The notes beneath the pieces were generated by a model. It made no database searches. It saw only the letters and a list, made by a program, of their open reading frames with translations, and was not told the origin of the DNA. A program made the position numbers and the translations under genes. A DNA stretch of 52,485 bases from a virus (lineage: Duplodnaviria > Caudoviricetes): positions 1-52,485 of the IMG/VR virus record IMGVR_UViG_3300010052_000223; one strand, 5' to 3'. Of this stretch, positions 18,816 to 27,431 are shown in pieces (within the stretch, counting starts at the first letter, position 1; every line of letters starts with the position of its first letter).

Positions 18816-19336
18816 CCGGCCCGCCGCATCCGACGTTTGGTCCAGGCCGGGTTGATCTCCACAATCGTCCCATCGCGCCTGAACAGGTGACCTGGCGGGA
18901 TGTCTCGATCACAGGCGGCTAGTGCCGCCACCATCGCGCCGGCTCCGATCGAAACCCCCGGGAGGATCACGGCTCCGGCTCCGACGCTGGCCCCATCCCC
19001 TACCCGCACGGCCACGCAGCGCCCGTCGCGCAGCATTTCGGCATCCCATCCGGTCTTGTCGACGCGCGGCCAGAGGTCATTGCAGAGCGTCACGTTCGGC
19101 CCGACGAAGACGTCGTCACCGATCACGAACCCTGGGCCCATCATGACCCCGCCACTGATGACGCAGCGGTCACCGAAGCGAGGTCCGTGAAGCATCGTCG
19201 AGGGGCTTACCGAGCAGTCCTCGCCCAGTATCGTACCGCCAGTGACCGAGGCGAACTGCCAGACTCTGGTCCGCGCGCCCACCACGGCGTCCTGCACATG
19301 GGCCAGGGGGTGGATGACGGCGCTCTCGGCAATCAC
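18812..19336 (-). CDS. Hexapeptide-repeat (left-handed beta-helix) sugar acetyltransferase, FdtC/WbbJ-like
   Basis: IHPLAHV, VGARTRVWQFASV, IGDDVFVGPNVTLCND and VGAGAVILPGVSIGAGAMV repeats. Confidence 0.85.
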   Translation of the reverse strand: MIAESAVIHPLAHVQDAVVGARTRVWQFASVTGGTILGEDCSVSPSTMLHGPRFGDRCVISGGVMMGPGFVIGDDVFVGPNVTLCNDLWPRVDKTGWDAEMLRDGRCVAVRVGDGASVGAGAVILPGVSIGAGAMVAALAACDRDIPPGHLFRRDGTIVEINPAWTKRRMRRAG

Positions 19337-20868
19337 GCCGCCAACTCCGGGTCATTTGCCGGGGGCGTGATAGCTCCCCTGGCCTCGGCTTCGTCATCGA
19401 GGTCGGGGAGTTCGTCGATCAGACGTTGCTCCTCGGCTTCGGCATCAAAGTCGCCGGATAGGATGCTGCGGCGCTTCAGTTCGGCCCAGTAGGTCTCTCG
19501 CGACAGGTCCCCGTTCTTCCGCGCTTCGGTTAGCGTGGTCGGGCCCTTATCGTCGGCAACCTCAGCCCCGAAGTCGGTGAAGACGCGAACCTCGGGCGCC
19601 TTGGCCTCATTCAGCCACTTAGCTGTGTAGACCAAGGCCTGTTCCAACGCGTCCTTGAGGCGCAGCGCCCAGGCCTGGACGGCGGAGTTGCCTTTCTGGG
19701 CCGCGAATGCCGTGGTCACGACGGTGAGGTTGCCGGTCTCAGCGGTCAGGGGCTGGCGGCCGAGCTCTCGCATCTGTTGCTCGGTCCGCTTGATGTCATC
19801 GGCCAGGAACCTCAGCGATTCCGCCGTGGGCTCGATGAACGACCATTCGCCGTGGTTGGCGTTCTCGAAGCTGGCCGGCGGCGCATAGAGCACCGACTTG
19901 GGCCCCACGTTGATCGGCTTGGGATTGCCCTGCTCGTCCCGATCAGGTGACACGCCGTTGCCGGTCAAGATCGGATATGCCGATTGGGTCTTCGCCGACT
20001 TGAGGGCGGACTCCTGTTCAAAGAGCTCGACCTGCAGGTCAGCGATGTCTCGCATAGGCGGGACGAAGCGCCAAGAGGCCCCCAGTCGGCGGCCAACCGC
20101 GAACGGGACCAAGGCGATTTCGCCGATGCTGATTGAGCCGCTTTCCACGACCTCCCAGCCGCCGCGCCCCCGACGGTTCGACACCTTCTGATAGACGGTG
20201 AAGGTCGCAGGCGCGTAGCCGACGACGTTCCTCTTCGAATCGATGACCGGCTCGCGATCGAGGACCCGGACGCGCTCGACGCACTTCTCATCGAAGCCGG
20301 ATTGGACCGTTGTGGTCTCGGCGAAACGCGCGTGGGTGAAAACCTCGGTCTTTCCGACCATAGCGCTGTAGACCGCCAGCATCCGGGTTGCCGGGATGTG
20401 GACCCAGTAGGGGCGCAGGCCCTGCTTGCGCTCATCCTCGAGCGTCAGCTTGGCGCCGTCAGCCCTTGGCGCCGCCTTGGTGAAATCGACCAAGATCCAG
20501 TCGATGGCGCGAGCGAGGCCGTCGTAGAAGGTGTTCGAGGCGAAGACATGCAGGTTGTTGCCGCGCCCATCGATATCCTCCGCAAGCTCCTTGAAGCGCG
20601 GGCCTGCGGAATCGACCAGCCCAAGCTCTTCGGAGAAAGGCTTCGCTGCAAGTCCACCGAGGATGTCCGCAAAGATATTGGTGAACTTCGCCGTCTTCCG
20701 CCTGTACTCGTAGTCTTGGGTCGTCTCGTTGGGGAAGCGAACCAGGTAGGTCTCGCCGGCTGCGCGCATCGCATCTGTGCCGCCGAGGATCGTGTCGACC
20801 TTGGTCCAGTACGGAGCCATGGCGTCATAGTCGGCGCTCGTCGCGTCGGGTGCTGTCGCCATCCTCAC
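19333..20868 (-). CDS. Portal protein (DUF4055-type)
   Basis: 511 aa directly after TerL; LGGTDAMRAAGETYL and DIDGRGNNL motifs. Confidence 0.85.
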   Translation of the reverse strand: MRMATAPDATSADYDAMAPYWTKVDTILGGTDAMRAAGETYLVRFPNETTQDYEYRRKTAKFTNIFADILGGLAAKPFSEELGLVDSAGPRFKELAEDIDGRGNNLHVFASNTFYDGLARAIDWILVDFTKAAPRADGAKLTLEDERKQGLRPYWVHIPATRMLAVYSAMVGKTEVFTHARFAETTTVQSGFDEKCVERVRVLDREPVIDSKRNVVGYAPATFTVYQKVSNRRGRGGWEVVESGSISIGEIALVPFAVGRRLGASWRFVPPMRDIADLQVELFEQESALKSAKTQSAYPILTGNGVSPDRDEQGNPKPINVGPKSVLYAPPASFENANHGEWSFIEPTAESLRFLADDIKRTEQQMRELGRQPLTAETGNLTVVTTAFAAQKGNSAVQAWALRLKDALEQALVYTAKWLNEAKAPEVRVFTDFGAEVADDKGPTTLTEARKNGDLSRETYWAELKRRSILSGDFDAEAEEQRLIDELPDLDDEAEARGAITPPANDPELAA

Positions 20869-22202
20869 CCCCTCGCGCTTCCGTAGGTTCCGACCAATCC
20901 GCCCGTCTGTGGTGCTCGTCGCAGGTCCTCGACCGCGTAGCGGAGCGCATCGATGACGTGGTTCTTCTTGTCAGCCAGTTCGGGCAGGACTTCCTCAGTC
21001 AGCTTGTCGATCTTGTAGCTGTAGAGGCTGAGTTCATCGATCGTGTAGGGGCAGGTCTCTCGCACCCAGATGTCGTAGTTCTGCAGGAATGTGACGCCCT
21101 GCTCGACTGACCCTGCACCTTTAATTGCCCCAGTGATATTGAACCCGCGCTTCTTCATGAAGGCGATGGTCTCGGGCCTGGCGCTGTCGGCCCGGATCGG
21201 CCACTTGGCCGCCCCGCTCACGCCTCGGCGGTTCTTGGTGTTCTCCCAGCGCGCGGGCGTACGTTCGTCGGTGCCCGCAAACAGCGCTGGCGTGTCGTCC
21301 AGCTCGCAACCGACCTCGTAAGCTTCCTCGTCTACCAGGATCCGACGGTTCTTCTCGTCGACGTAGACCTTTACCAGGACGCTCGGATCGATGCTGAAGC
21401 CCCAGTCCGCGCCATAGTAGGGGCGCAGGCCAGCTGGCACTTCGAACTCGCAGATCCGCCAGTTGGTGAAGACCGCCGCCTTGGTGCGCTTCTGATAATC
21501 GCCGAGCCAGATGTGGGCGTACTTGTCGGGATCACGGCGTCGATCGCGCTTCATGTCAGCAGACAAAGCCGTGCTGTAGAACCACGGATTGTCGTGATAA
21601 TTGACCCGCACGCAGACGATGTCGGGATCGGTCGCAGCATCCTCGCTGCGCATGAACTTATCGACGGGATCGCTGGCCTTCCGCGGGTTCCAACTGAACC
21701 AGATCTCGGCGCCTGGGACACGTAGGGTCGGCGTGAGCAGGTCCAGCGAGCGCTGGCTGAGCGACTGGGCCTCTTCGACCCACGCAATGCGGAACCCTTC
21801 CAGCGACTTGATGCTGTCGGCAGTGTGGTTCTGCATCCCTTGGAAAACGATGATGCCTGAGCGGGCGCCGTCGTCATCGAGGACATGAATCTCGGTGTCG
21901 AGCACCTCGAAGAAGGCGCCGACTCCAAGCGCCTTGATCTTGTCAGTGATGAGTTGCTTGACCGACTGGTCGAGCGACTTCTGGATTTCGCGAACGCAGA
22001 CCGCCCGCGTAGTGGGGTCGGCTAGGCACTCCTCGACAAGAAGCTCTGCGAAAAAGTGCGATTTGCCGCTGCCGCGGCCGCCATACGCCCCCTTATAGCG
22101 GACGGGCCGGAGGAGCGGGAGAAACGCCCTCGGCGTCTCTATCCGCAGGGTCGATGATAGCTCGTTCGATCCGACGGACGGTTCGGATGGGCGAATCTTC
22201 AT
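20865..22202 (-). CDS. Terminase large subunit (PBSX family)
   Basis: Walker A YGGRGSGKS, Walker B WVEEA, GADWGFS and NHVIDALRYA nuclease motifs; start uncertain. Confidence 0.95.
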   Translation of the reverse strand: MKIRPSEPSVGSNELSSTLRIETPRAFLPLLRPVRYKGAYGGRGSGKSHFFAELLVEECLADPTTRAVCVREIQKSLDQSVKQLITDKIKALGVGAFFEVLDTEIHVLDDDGARSGIIVFQGMQNHTADSIKSLEGFRIAWVEEAQSLSQRSLDLLTPTLRVPGAEIWFSWNPRKASDPVDKFMRSEDAATDPDIVCVRVNYHDNPWFYSTALSADMKRDRRRDPDKYAHIWLGDYQKRTKAAVFTNWRICEFEVPAGLRPYYGADWGFSIDPSVLVKVYVDEKNRRILVDEEAYEVGCELDDTPALFAGTDERTPARWENTKNRRGVSGAAKWPIRADSARPETIAFMKKRGFNITGAIKGAGSVEQGVTFLQNYDIWVRETCPYTIDELSLYSYKIDKLTEEVLPELADKKNHVIDALRYAVEDLRRAPQTGGLVGTYGSARG

Positions 22203-22629
22203 CGCCGCCGCCTGTCAGCGCGATCTTTTCGCCGTAGCGCTTCGGATCCCACTTCGCCAACAGCTTCAATCGGGTTTCGATCCGCAGTTTGGAGCGCTGG
22301 ACGAACTCGGTGTCGCAAACCTCGCGCTCCTCGCCATCTCGGCCAACGGTTTTGCGATCCCCGCTGGCGTCATCGGCGATGGCCAAACACTCGGCGGCGA
22401 GAACGTCGAAACCCTCCTCGCGCGCACGCGCGAAGTGTCGGGAAAACTCCGGCTTGGCTTTCATCCAATCGTAGATCGTCGACCGGTGAGGCATGCCCTC
22501 ATCGCGACAGATCACGGCGAGGGGCTCGCCTGTCGCCAGGCGGTTACAGATCAGCAGCGCCACTTCGTCGCTGTAGTCGCTGGGGCGTCCAGGCCCGCGC
22601 TCCGCGCTCGGCGCTTCCTGCTCGCTCAT
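22093..22629 (-). CDS. Terminase small subunit
   Basis: GRPSDYS...ICNRLATGEPLAVIC...LRIETRLKLLAKWDPKRYGEK. Confidence 0.9.
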   Translation of the reverse strand: MSEQEAPSAERGPGRPSDYSDEVALLICNRLATGEPLAVICRDEGMPHRSTIYDWMKAKPEFSRHFARAREEGFDVLAAECLAIADDASGDRKTVGRDGEEREVCDTEFVQRSKLRIETRLKLLAKWDPKRYGEKIALTGGGDEDSPIRTVRRIERAIIDPADRDAEGVSPAPPARPL

Positions 22630-23419
22630 GCTTCCTCGGCTGGCCAGCGGCCCTTATGGTGACGCTATGAATGGACGTTCGATCGCGCGCGATACCGCCC
22701 TTGCGATGGCTGTCGCTATGCCGGGCCTCGGCGTATTCCTGCTCTGGGCAATCACCGGCGGCGCCTTTCAGGACGGCGGCTGGATCAAGGGTTGGCAGAC
22801 CCTAATCGCAGGTCTGATCGCCATAGTCGCGGCGCTGATAGGCGGCGGATTCATCATGCATCAGGTTCGAGCAGCCGAGCGCCTGGAGGAGGCCAGGCGC
22901 GAGCGCCGGTTCAGAGGGGCACGAGCCGGGCTATCCGCGGTTCTGAGCCTGATCGGCGACTACCGCGACGGCTGCGCTAAGGAGTTGGATCGGCTCTATG
23001 GGACGATGAAGTCCCCAACCTTGCTCATCCCGCGGGGAGTTTGCGAGTTCCCCCAGCCCGCTCCCGAAGTCGTCCCCGGGTTGCGTGAAATCGTGGAGCT
23101 CGGCTCGGACCACGAAGCGGAGGTAGTCGCCGACATCCTCTCGCACCTACAGATCGTGCGCTCGCGCCAGCGTTCGCTCTCTGAGGCCGTTCAGCGCAAG
23201 TCGCACCTCATCGTCGGTGCGCCAGATCTGGAAAGCGGCGTGTTCGACATCGCGAAGCTCGACGCCATGGCCTCCAGATTGTTCGACTTTGCCCGTCGGC
23301 GGGGTGAGTGCCCGGCACGGACAGTCACCAATGAGGAAGTGCTCTCTGCTCTCTACCGGCTAGATGTCCACGACGACCTGCTCGAAGCGGTAGCCGACAA
23401 GTATGGCCTGCGGGCCTAA
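22628..23419 (+). CDS. Moron-like membrane protein (antisense to the late operon)
   Basis: Two N-terminal hydrophobic segments followed by a soluble domain; start may be the ATG at 22668. Confidence 0.65.
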   Translation: MLPRLASGPYGDAMNGRSIARDTALAMAVAMPGLGVFLLWAITGGAFQDGGWIKGWQTLIAGLIAIVAALIGGGFIMHQVRAAERLEEARRERRFRGARAGLSAVLSLIGDYRDGCAKELDRLYGTMKSPTLLIPRGVCEFPQPAPEVVPGLREIVELGSDHEAEVVADILSHLQIVRSRQRSLSEAVQRKSHLIVGAPDLESGVFDIAKLDAMASRLFDFARRRGECPARTVTNEEVLSALYRLDVHDDLLEAVADKYGLRA

Positions 23420-23551
23420 CGTCGATCTGGTATCGCGCCTCAGAGCCAGGCCTCAGGGTGAGGGCTAGCCGAGCCCTCCCTATGACGGGGGCGGAGACTG
23501 CCGTTCTGCGGGTGATGGTCTGCTCTGGGCGCGATTGGTCGCCTTGCGGCT

Positions 23552-23586
23552 GAAAGAGAAACGCCCCGAGCCGAAACCCGGGGCGT
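23552..23586 (-). terminator. Putative intrinsic terminator
   Basis: ACGCCCCG/CGGGGCGT 8-bp stem followed by TTCTCTTTC on the minus strand, downstream of 23608..23886. Confidence 0.6.
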
Positions 23587-23607
23587 GATGGTGCTCTTCA
23601 ACCTCGG

Positions 23608-23886
23608 TCAGGCCGTCGGACACAACCCGACAGCACCGGCATGGGTGTGGTCGGTCGTGCGGGCAATCAAGCGGGCGACGAACGAGGCCCGTCTCGCCTT
23701 GCCATCGGCGTAGGTCGCGCGCTCGACGTCGTGGACATCGAGTTGGCGCCGCGCCTCGGCTTCCGGCGGCGGGAACGCGATCTCCATCGCTCGGCTGATG
23801 ACAGCCGCAGCGGCGTTGAAGGCGATCGAGATCGCACTGGCCACGATGGTGAAGAGGCTGACGAAGAAGTAGCGACTGAGCTTCAT
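23608..23886 (-). CDS. Hypothetical protein with hydrophobic N-terminus, 92 aa
   Basis: AGGGG RBS upstream and terminator downstream. Confidence 0.6.
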   Translation of the reverse strand: MKLSRYFFVSLFTIVASAISIAFNAAAAVISRAMEIAFPPPEAEARRQLDVHDVERATYADGKARRASFVARLIARTTDHTHAGAVGLCPTA

Positions 23887-24146
23887 GATGAGCCCCTGCT
23901 CTTAGGGCTCTCCGGGCAGATCGCGGCGGAGAGATCGGACTAGCCGATCTGGGTTGGCGGGCGACAGGCCCGCAAATGCTGGTGGGAGGGATTGACCGGG
24001 CCGCCCCAGGCGCACCAACTCAATCTGCGCTTTAGGATTGCGAAATTTGGTCGTCTCGCAAGCCGATCTTGAGGCGCTCTCGCGCCGATGCCGCAATATG
24101 CGGTATTTTCCCGTCATTCTGCCGCAAAATAACGTATCGTTCGCTC

Positions 24147-24329
24147 ATGACTGGTTCGCAGCTCAAGGCATGGCGATTGAGGATGCGGCTGAAGGTCCGC
24201 GACGCCGCAGAGAAGCTGGGCGTCTCGCTCGATACCTATGGGCGGTTGGAGCGGCGCACGCGGGTTCCGCGGTACATCCAGCTGGCGTGTGCGGCAGTGG
24301 CCTATGGGCTGCCGCCGATGGAGAGCTAA
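24147..24329 (+). CDS. Small XRE-family HTH protein
   Basis: MTGSQLKAWRLRMRLKVRDAAEKLGVSLDTYGRLE. Confidence 0.75.
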   Translation: MTGSQLKAWRLRMRLKVRDAAEKLGVSLDTYGRLERRTRVPRYIQLACAAVAYGLPPMES

Positions 24330-24334
24330 GGTAC

Positions 24335-25075
24335 CTACTCGGCGGGCCTCGGCGGTACCTTTTCGATCCTCTTCAGATTCCAGAAGGCGCGCAGCTCCGA
24401 GCGCCCATGCCTTTGTGAAAAGGCATCTTGAAGATCGAACGCGAAATTATTGGTCGCGGGCCAGTCATGTTTGATCAACGCTCGCGCGGTCTCCACCAAC
24501 CCATCGACTTCATGGATTTTGAGCCTCGCTTTGGCTGCATTGGAGCCGCTGAACGCGAGGGTCCCCGCACCTTTTTCGAGAGTTGTCGCATCCTCTGCGA
24601 GCTCGTTGATTTCCATTCTCAGACGCCGGACGGCGCTGAAGGTGTCGGCGTACAAGCCCAACAGCCCAGGAAGATTGATCAAGTCGTCGAACAGCGCGGG
24701 CTTGCCGAGCTTGCTGATGACGACGAGCTCCCCTGTATCAAAGGAGATGCCGGGAAGATCGGCGGTAAAGGCCTTCATCGCAGCACCGAGGGACATCCCA
24801 CTCTTTTCGGCGCGCTGTTCCGCCTCAGAAATTTGTTCATGGACCTGCCGCAGCGCGTTGAGGGCAAGCAGGACTTTCATCATAGCTGTCATGCAGCCGA
24901 CGAGATCGGTCTCCCGCGCGGCATCTTGCCTGTCGCGAATAGCCTGATCGCGGTCTGCTTGCCGTTGGCCGGATTCGTTCCTGAATGCCTGTCGCTGAAG
25001 GACGTAGCTGATTATGCCGCTGATCGCTGAGCCGACCACGGCGCCAGTCACGCCGGCAACAAACTCCGAATCCAT
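24335..25075 (-). CDS. Moron-like single-pass membrane protein
   Basis: N-terminal hydrophobic helix then helical domain; GGGAGAGG RBS before MDSEF. Confidence 0.65.
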   Translation of the reverse strand: MDSEFVAGVTGAVVGSAISGIISYVLQRQAFRNESGQRQADRDQAIRDRQDAARETDLVGCMTAMMKVLLALNALRQVHEQISEAEQRAEKSGMSLGAAMKAFTADLPGISFDTGELVVISKLGKPALFDDLINLPGLLGLYADTFSAVRRLRMEINELAEDATTLEKGAGTLAFSGSNAAKARLKIHEVDGLVETARALIKHDWPATNNFAFDLQDAFSQRHGRSELRAFWNLKRIEKVPPRPAE

Positions 25076-25105
25076 CGCGCCTCTCCCCAGCACATTGTGG
25101 GTCGG

Positions 25106-25987
25106 CTAGGCGGCTTCGTCCAACGGCTTCGCCCGTCGCGCCCGCTCCGCCACCAGGCTCCGGCCCGCCGCATCCAGCCCCGACACCAGCAGGCGCCGCA
25201 CGGTCCGCGGGTCGGCTCCCATCGCCACGGCCGCCTGACCAAGCCGCATGCTCCGCCCGCAGATGTGATCCAGGGCGTCCTTCTGCCTCTCGGTGATCCC
25301 GGCAGTGAAATCGCGATAGTCCTGGCCGGCCTCGATGACGCGGGGCTGAGGCCCCTTCGGTCCGTATCCGCCGCCGCCTTCGCCGCCGCTCGACGTCATC
25401 CCCTGCACGACCTCGAACACCTCGCCGTAGTGCTGGCCGACGGCGAGCCTTCGATCCGCATCGGGGCCGTCGCCGAGATGGCCGGCGGCGAAGGCGTGCT
25501 GGACGCCGGTCAGCTTCTTGACGCGCACCGCACGGGAGTACATGAAAATCGCGATCCCACGGTTCTTGCCGCTGCGATGCACGACCTTCGCGCCGTAGTC
25601 GTCGCGTTTGATCTCGGCGGTTTCTGCCTCGTGCGCCTGCAGGATTTCGCCGCGCCCGACCGCGCGGATCAGCGGTTCGCGGGCGGGTCCGAGCAGGTCA
25701 TAGACAAACTGCTCCCGGCCCTTGATCTCCGCCAGCTTCTCGCTCAGGCCGCGCACCTGGTTCTCGGCGCGCTTGATGGCCTTTCGGTTCTTCTTCACGT
25801 CGCCGGCCCGCAACTTTTCGAGCTCGGCCTGGGCGGTGAGGAGCTTCCCCTCGGCCTGGGCGATCTTCAGGACGAAGCCGGGGTCCCGGAGCGGGGCGTT
25901 GAGGGCGCGCACTCGGTTCTCCTCCAGCAGGCGGCGGCGCTTTTCCTCGCTGGTTTCGGCCGGAGTGGAATCGGTGACGACGTTCAC
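25106..25987 (-). CDS. Putative late transcription regulator (Q-position, C-terminal HTH-like)
   Basis: Located between replication and packaging modules; ALDHICGRSMRLGQAAVAMGADPRTV HTH-like segment. Confidence 0.5.
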   Translation of the reverse strand: MNVVTDSTPAETSEEKRRRLLEENRVRALNAPLRDPGFVLKIAQAEGKLLTAQAELEKLRAGDVKKNRKAIKRAENQVRGLSEKLAEIKGREQFVYDLLGPAREPLIRAVGRGEILQAHEAETAEIKRDDYGAKVVHRSGKNRGIAIFMYSRAVRVKKLTGVQHAFAAGHLGDGPDADRRLAVGQHYGEVFEVVQGMTSSGGEGGGGYGPKGPQPRVIEAGQDYRDFTAGITERQKDALDHICGRSMRLGQAAVAMGADPRTVRRLLVSGLDAAGRSLVAERARRAKPLDEAA

Positions 25988-26463
25988 GAGAAGACTCCCT
26001 GGGTTTTTGCGATGGGCGCAGGCTTGCGTCGCTGCGGCGGCTTCTCTGGAACCATGGCCTGGACCAATAGGAAGAACCCGGCGCCGGCCAGCGACGAGGC
26101 GAGGTCGAGGACCATGAGATCACCATAGGCTTGAACTGGGATGGTGATCGCCATCCAGCGGACCAGGAGTCCAAGTGGATGCGTGCGCCAGCGCATAACG
26201 ACCGCATTCAGCATTCTGGGGGCGAAACGCGCTGCGTTGAACTCTTCCACCGCGCCGTTCACGAGCATGCAGACGAGCCATACCCAAGCCGCGCCGTCCA
26301 TCTTCCCTTCGGTCATCCAAACCGTGAATCTTCCGACCAGGTAAGTGACGAAAGCTGCGCGGATCAGGGTGATGCGAGGAACCTCAAAACGGTTCCACAC
26401 CTCAAGCACGGCGTGGTCTACGAGGCCGAGCAACGCGGCGTCGAGTTTGGCGAGGAACTTCAC
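25984..26463 (-). CDS. Hypothetical multi-pass membrane protein
   Basis: Several hydrophobic segments; 4-nt overlaps on both sides. Confidence 0.65.
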   Translation of the reverse strand: MKFLAKLDAALLGLVDHAVLEVWNRFEVPRITLIRAAFVTYLVGRFTVWMTEGKMDGAAWVWLVCMLVNGAVEEFNAARFAPRMLNAVVMRWRTHPLGLLVRWMAITIPVQAYGDLMVLDLASSLAGAGFFLLVQAMVPEKPPQRRKPAPIAKTQGVFS

Positions 26464-27431
26464 GCCACCCTCCCTTCAGCCGGCGCCGGCATGTAGCCGT
26501 TCGCCATCAGTGTTTCAGCCGAGAGTGTGCATCCCGGCTTTCCCGGCGGCGGGCCCCACTCCAGGCGGTTCCAGTATGCGTTGGCGCGATAAGCGGTGAT
26601 CCGGCGATTCCAGACCGCTGCCGGGTCGGCGATCGCCGTGACCGCTGGTGCCGCCATCGTCGTCTTGGGCGCGTCGTTGATCGCCCTGGCCATCCAATTC
26701 CGCCAGGTCGCGGGCCAGTCGGCGTATCGGGCGTCTTTGCCGAGCGCCCAGTTGCGGAATCGTTCGGCCTGGTAGGTGGCATCGACGTTGGCGCCGGCCT
26801 GACGGGCTTTCTGCTGCTCCTCCACGATCACCACAGCCGATGGGAAGTCCGTCGGGATCGGCGTTGCGGCTTTCCGGCGCGATCGCTTGGGCTCGGGTTC
26901 CTCGCCGAACAAATCCTCGTTGCCCCCCTTGGGGGGCTTAAGGGGGTCTTCTTTTCTACTCTTCTCTACTCTCTCTAGGGCCGCAACTGGCTGTTTTTCC
27001 TCGCGATCGATATCGAGAAGTCCGGGGTTCTGGCTGACACCTGCCGACTTCTCCTCGACACCGCCCGACTTCTCCTCGACCTGGGCGACGTTTTGGGCGG
27101 CCTCGCGGCGGCCGGATCGGGACTTCGAAGGCCCCTTCACTGCCTCCCGCTCGGCCTCGAAGGCGGGGTTGGAGATGAAGCTCTGACCTCCCTCGGTGAA
27201 CCGCAGCAGTTTCCCGCGCTCGACCAGGCGCGCGATGATCGGGTTCAGCTTCTGGACCGCGCAACCGCAGTGGGCGGCGATGTAGGCCGCGTTGTCCTCG
27301 ACCGGCCGCCAGGTCAGGTACAGGAGGTCGAGGACGGTGTTGTAGACCCCGCGCTCCTCCAGGCTCATGCCCGCCATGCCGGCTAGGGCAAGGCCAGGGT
27401 CGCGGCGATAGAAGTTCTCCCGCTTCTTCAT
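26460..27431 (-). CDS. Replication initiator-like protein (DUF1376/YdaU-type N-terminus)
   Basis: MSLEERGVYNTVLDLLY N-terminus; FRNWA...YADWPATWRNW C-terminus; adjacent to the helicase. Confidence 0.75.
   Translation of the reverse strand: MKKRENFYRRDPGLALAGMAGMSLEERGVYNTVLDLLYLTWRPVEDNAAYIAAHCGCAVQKLNPIIARLVERGKLLRFTEGGQSFISNPAFEAEREAVKGPSKSRSGRREAAQNVAQVEEKSGGVEEKSAGVSQNPGLLDIDREEKQPVAALERVEKSRKEDPLKPPKGGNEDLFGEEPEPKRSRRKAATPIPTDFPSAVVIVEEQQKARQAGANVDATYQAERFRNWALGKDARYADWPATWRNWMARAINDAPKTTMAAPAVTAIADPAAVWNRRITAYRANAYWNRLEWGPPPGKPGCTLSAETLMANGYMPAPAEGRVA

Noticed and set aside
23420-24146. tRNA gene or CRISPR-like mini-array
   Set aside because: Hairpins are present, but no cloverleaf with a T-loop consensus and no regularly spaced direct repeats were found
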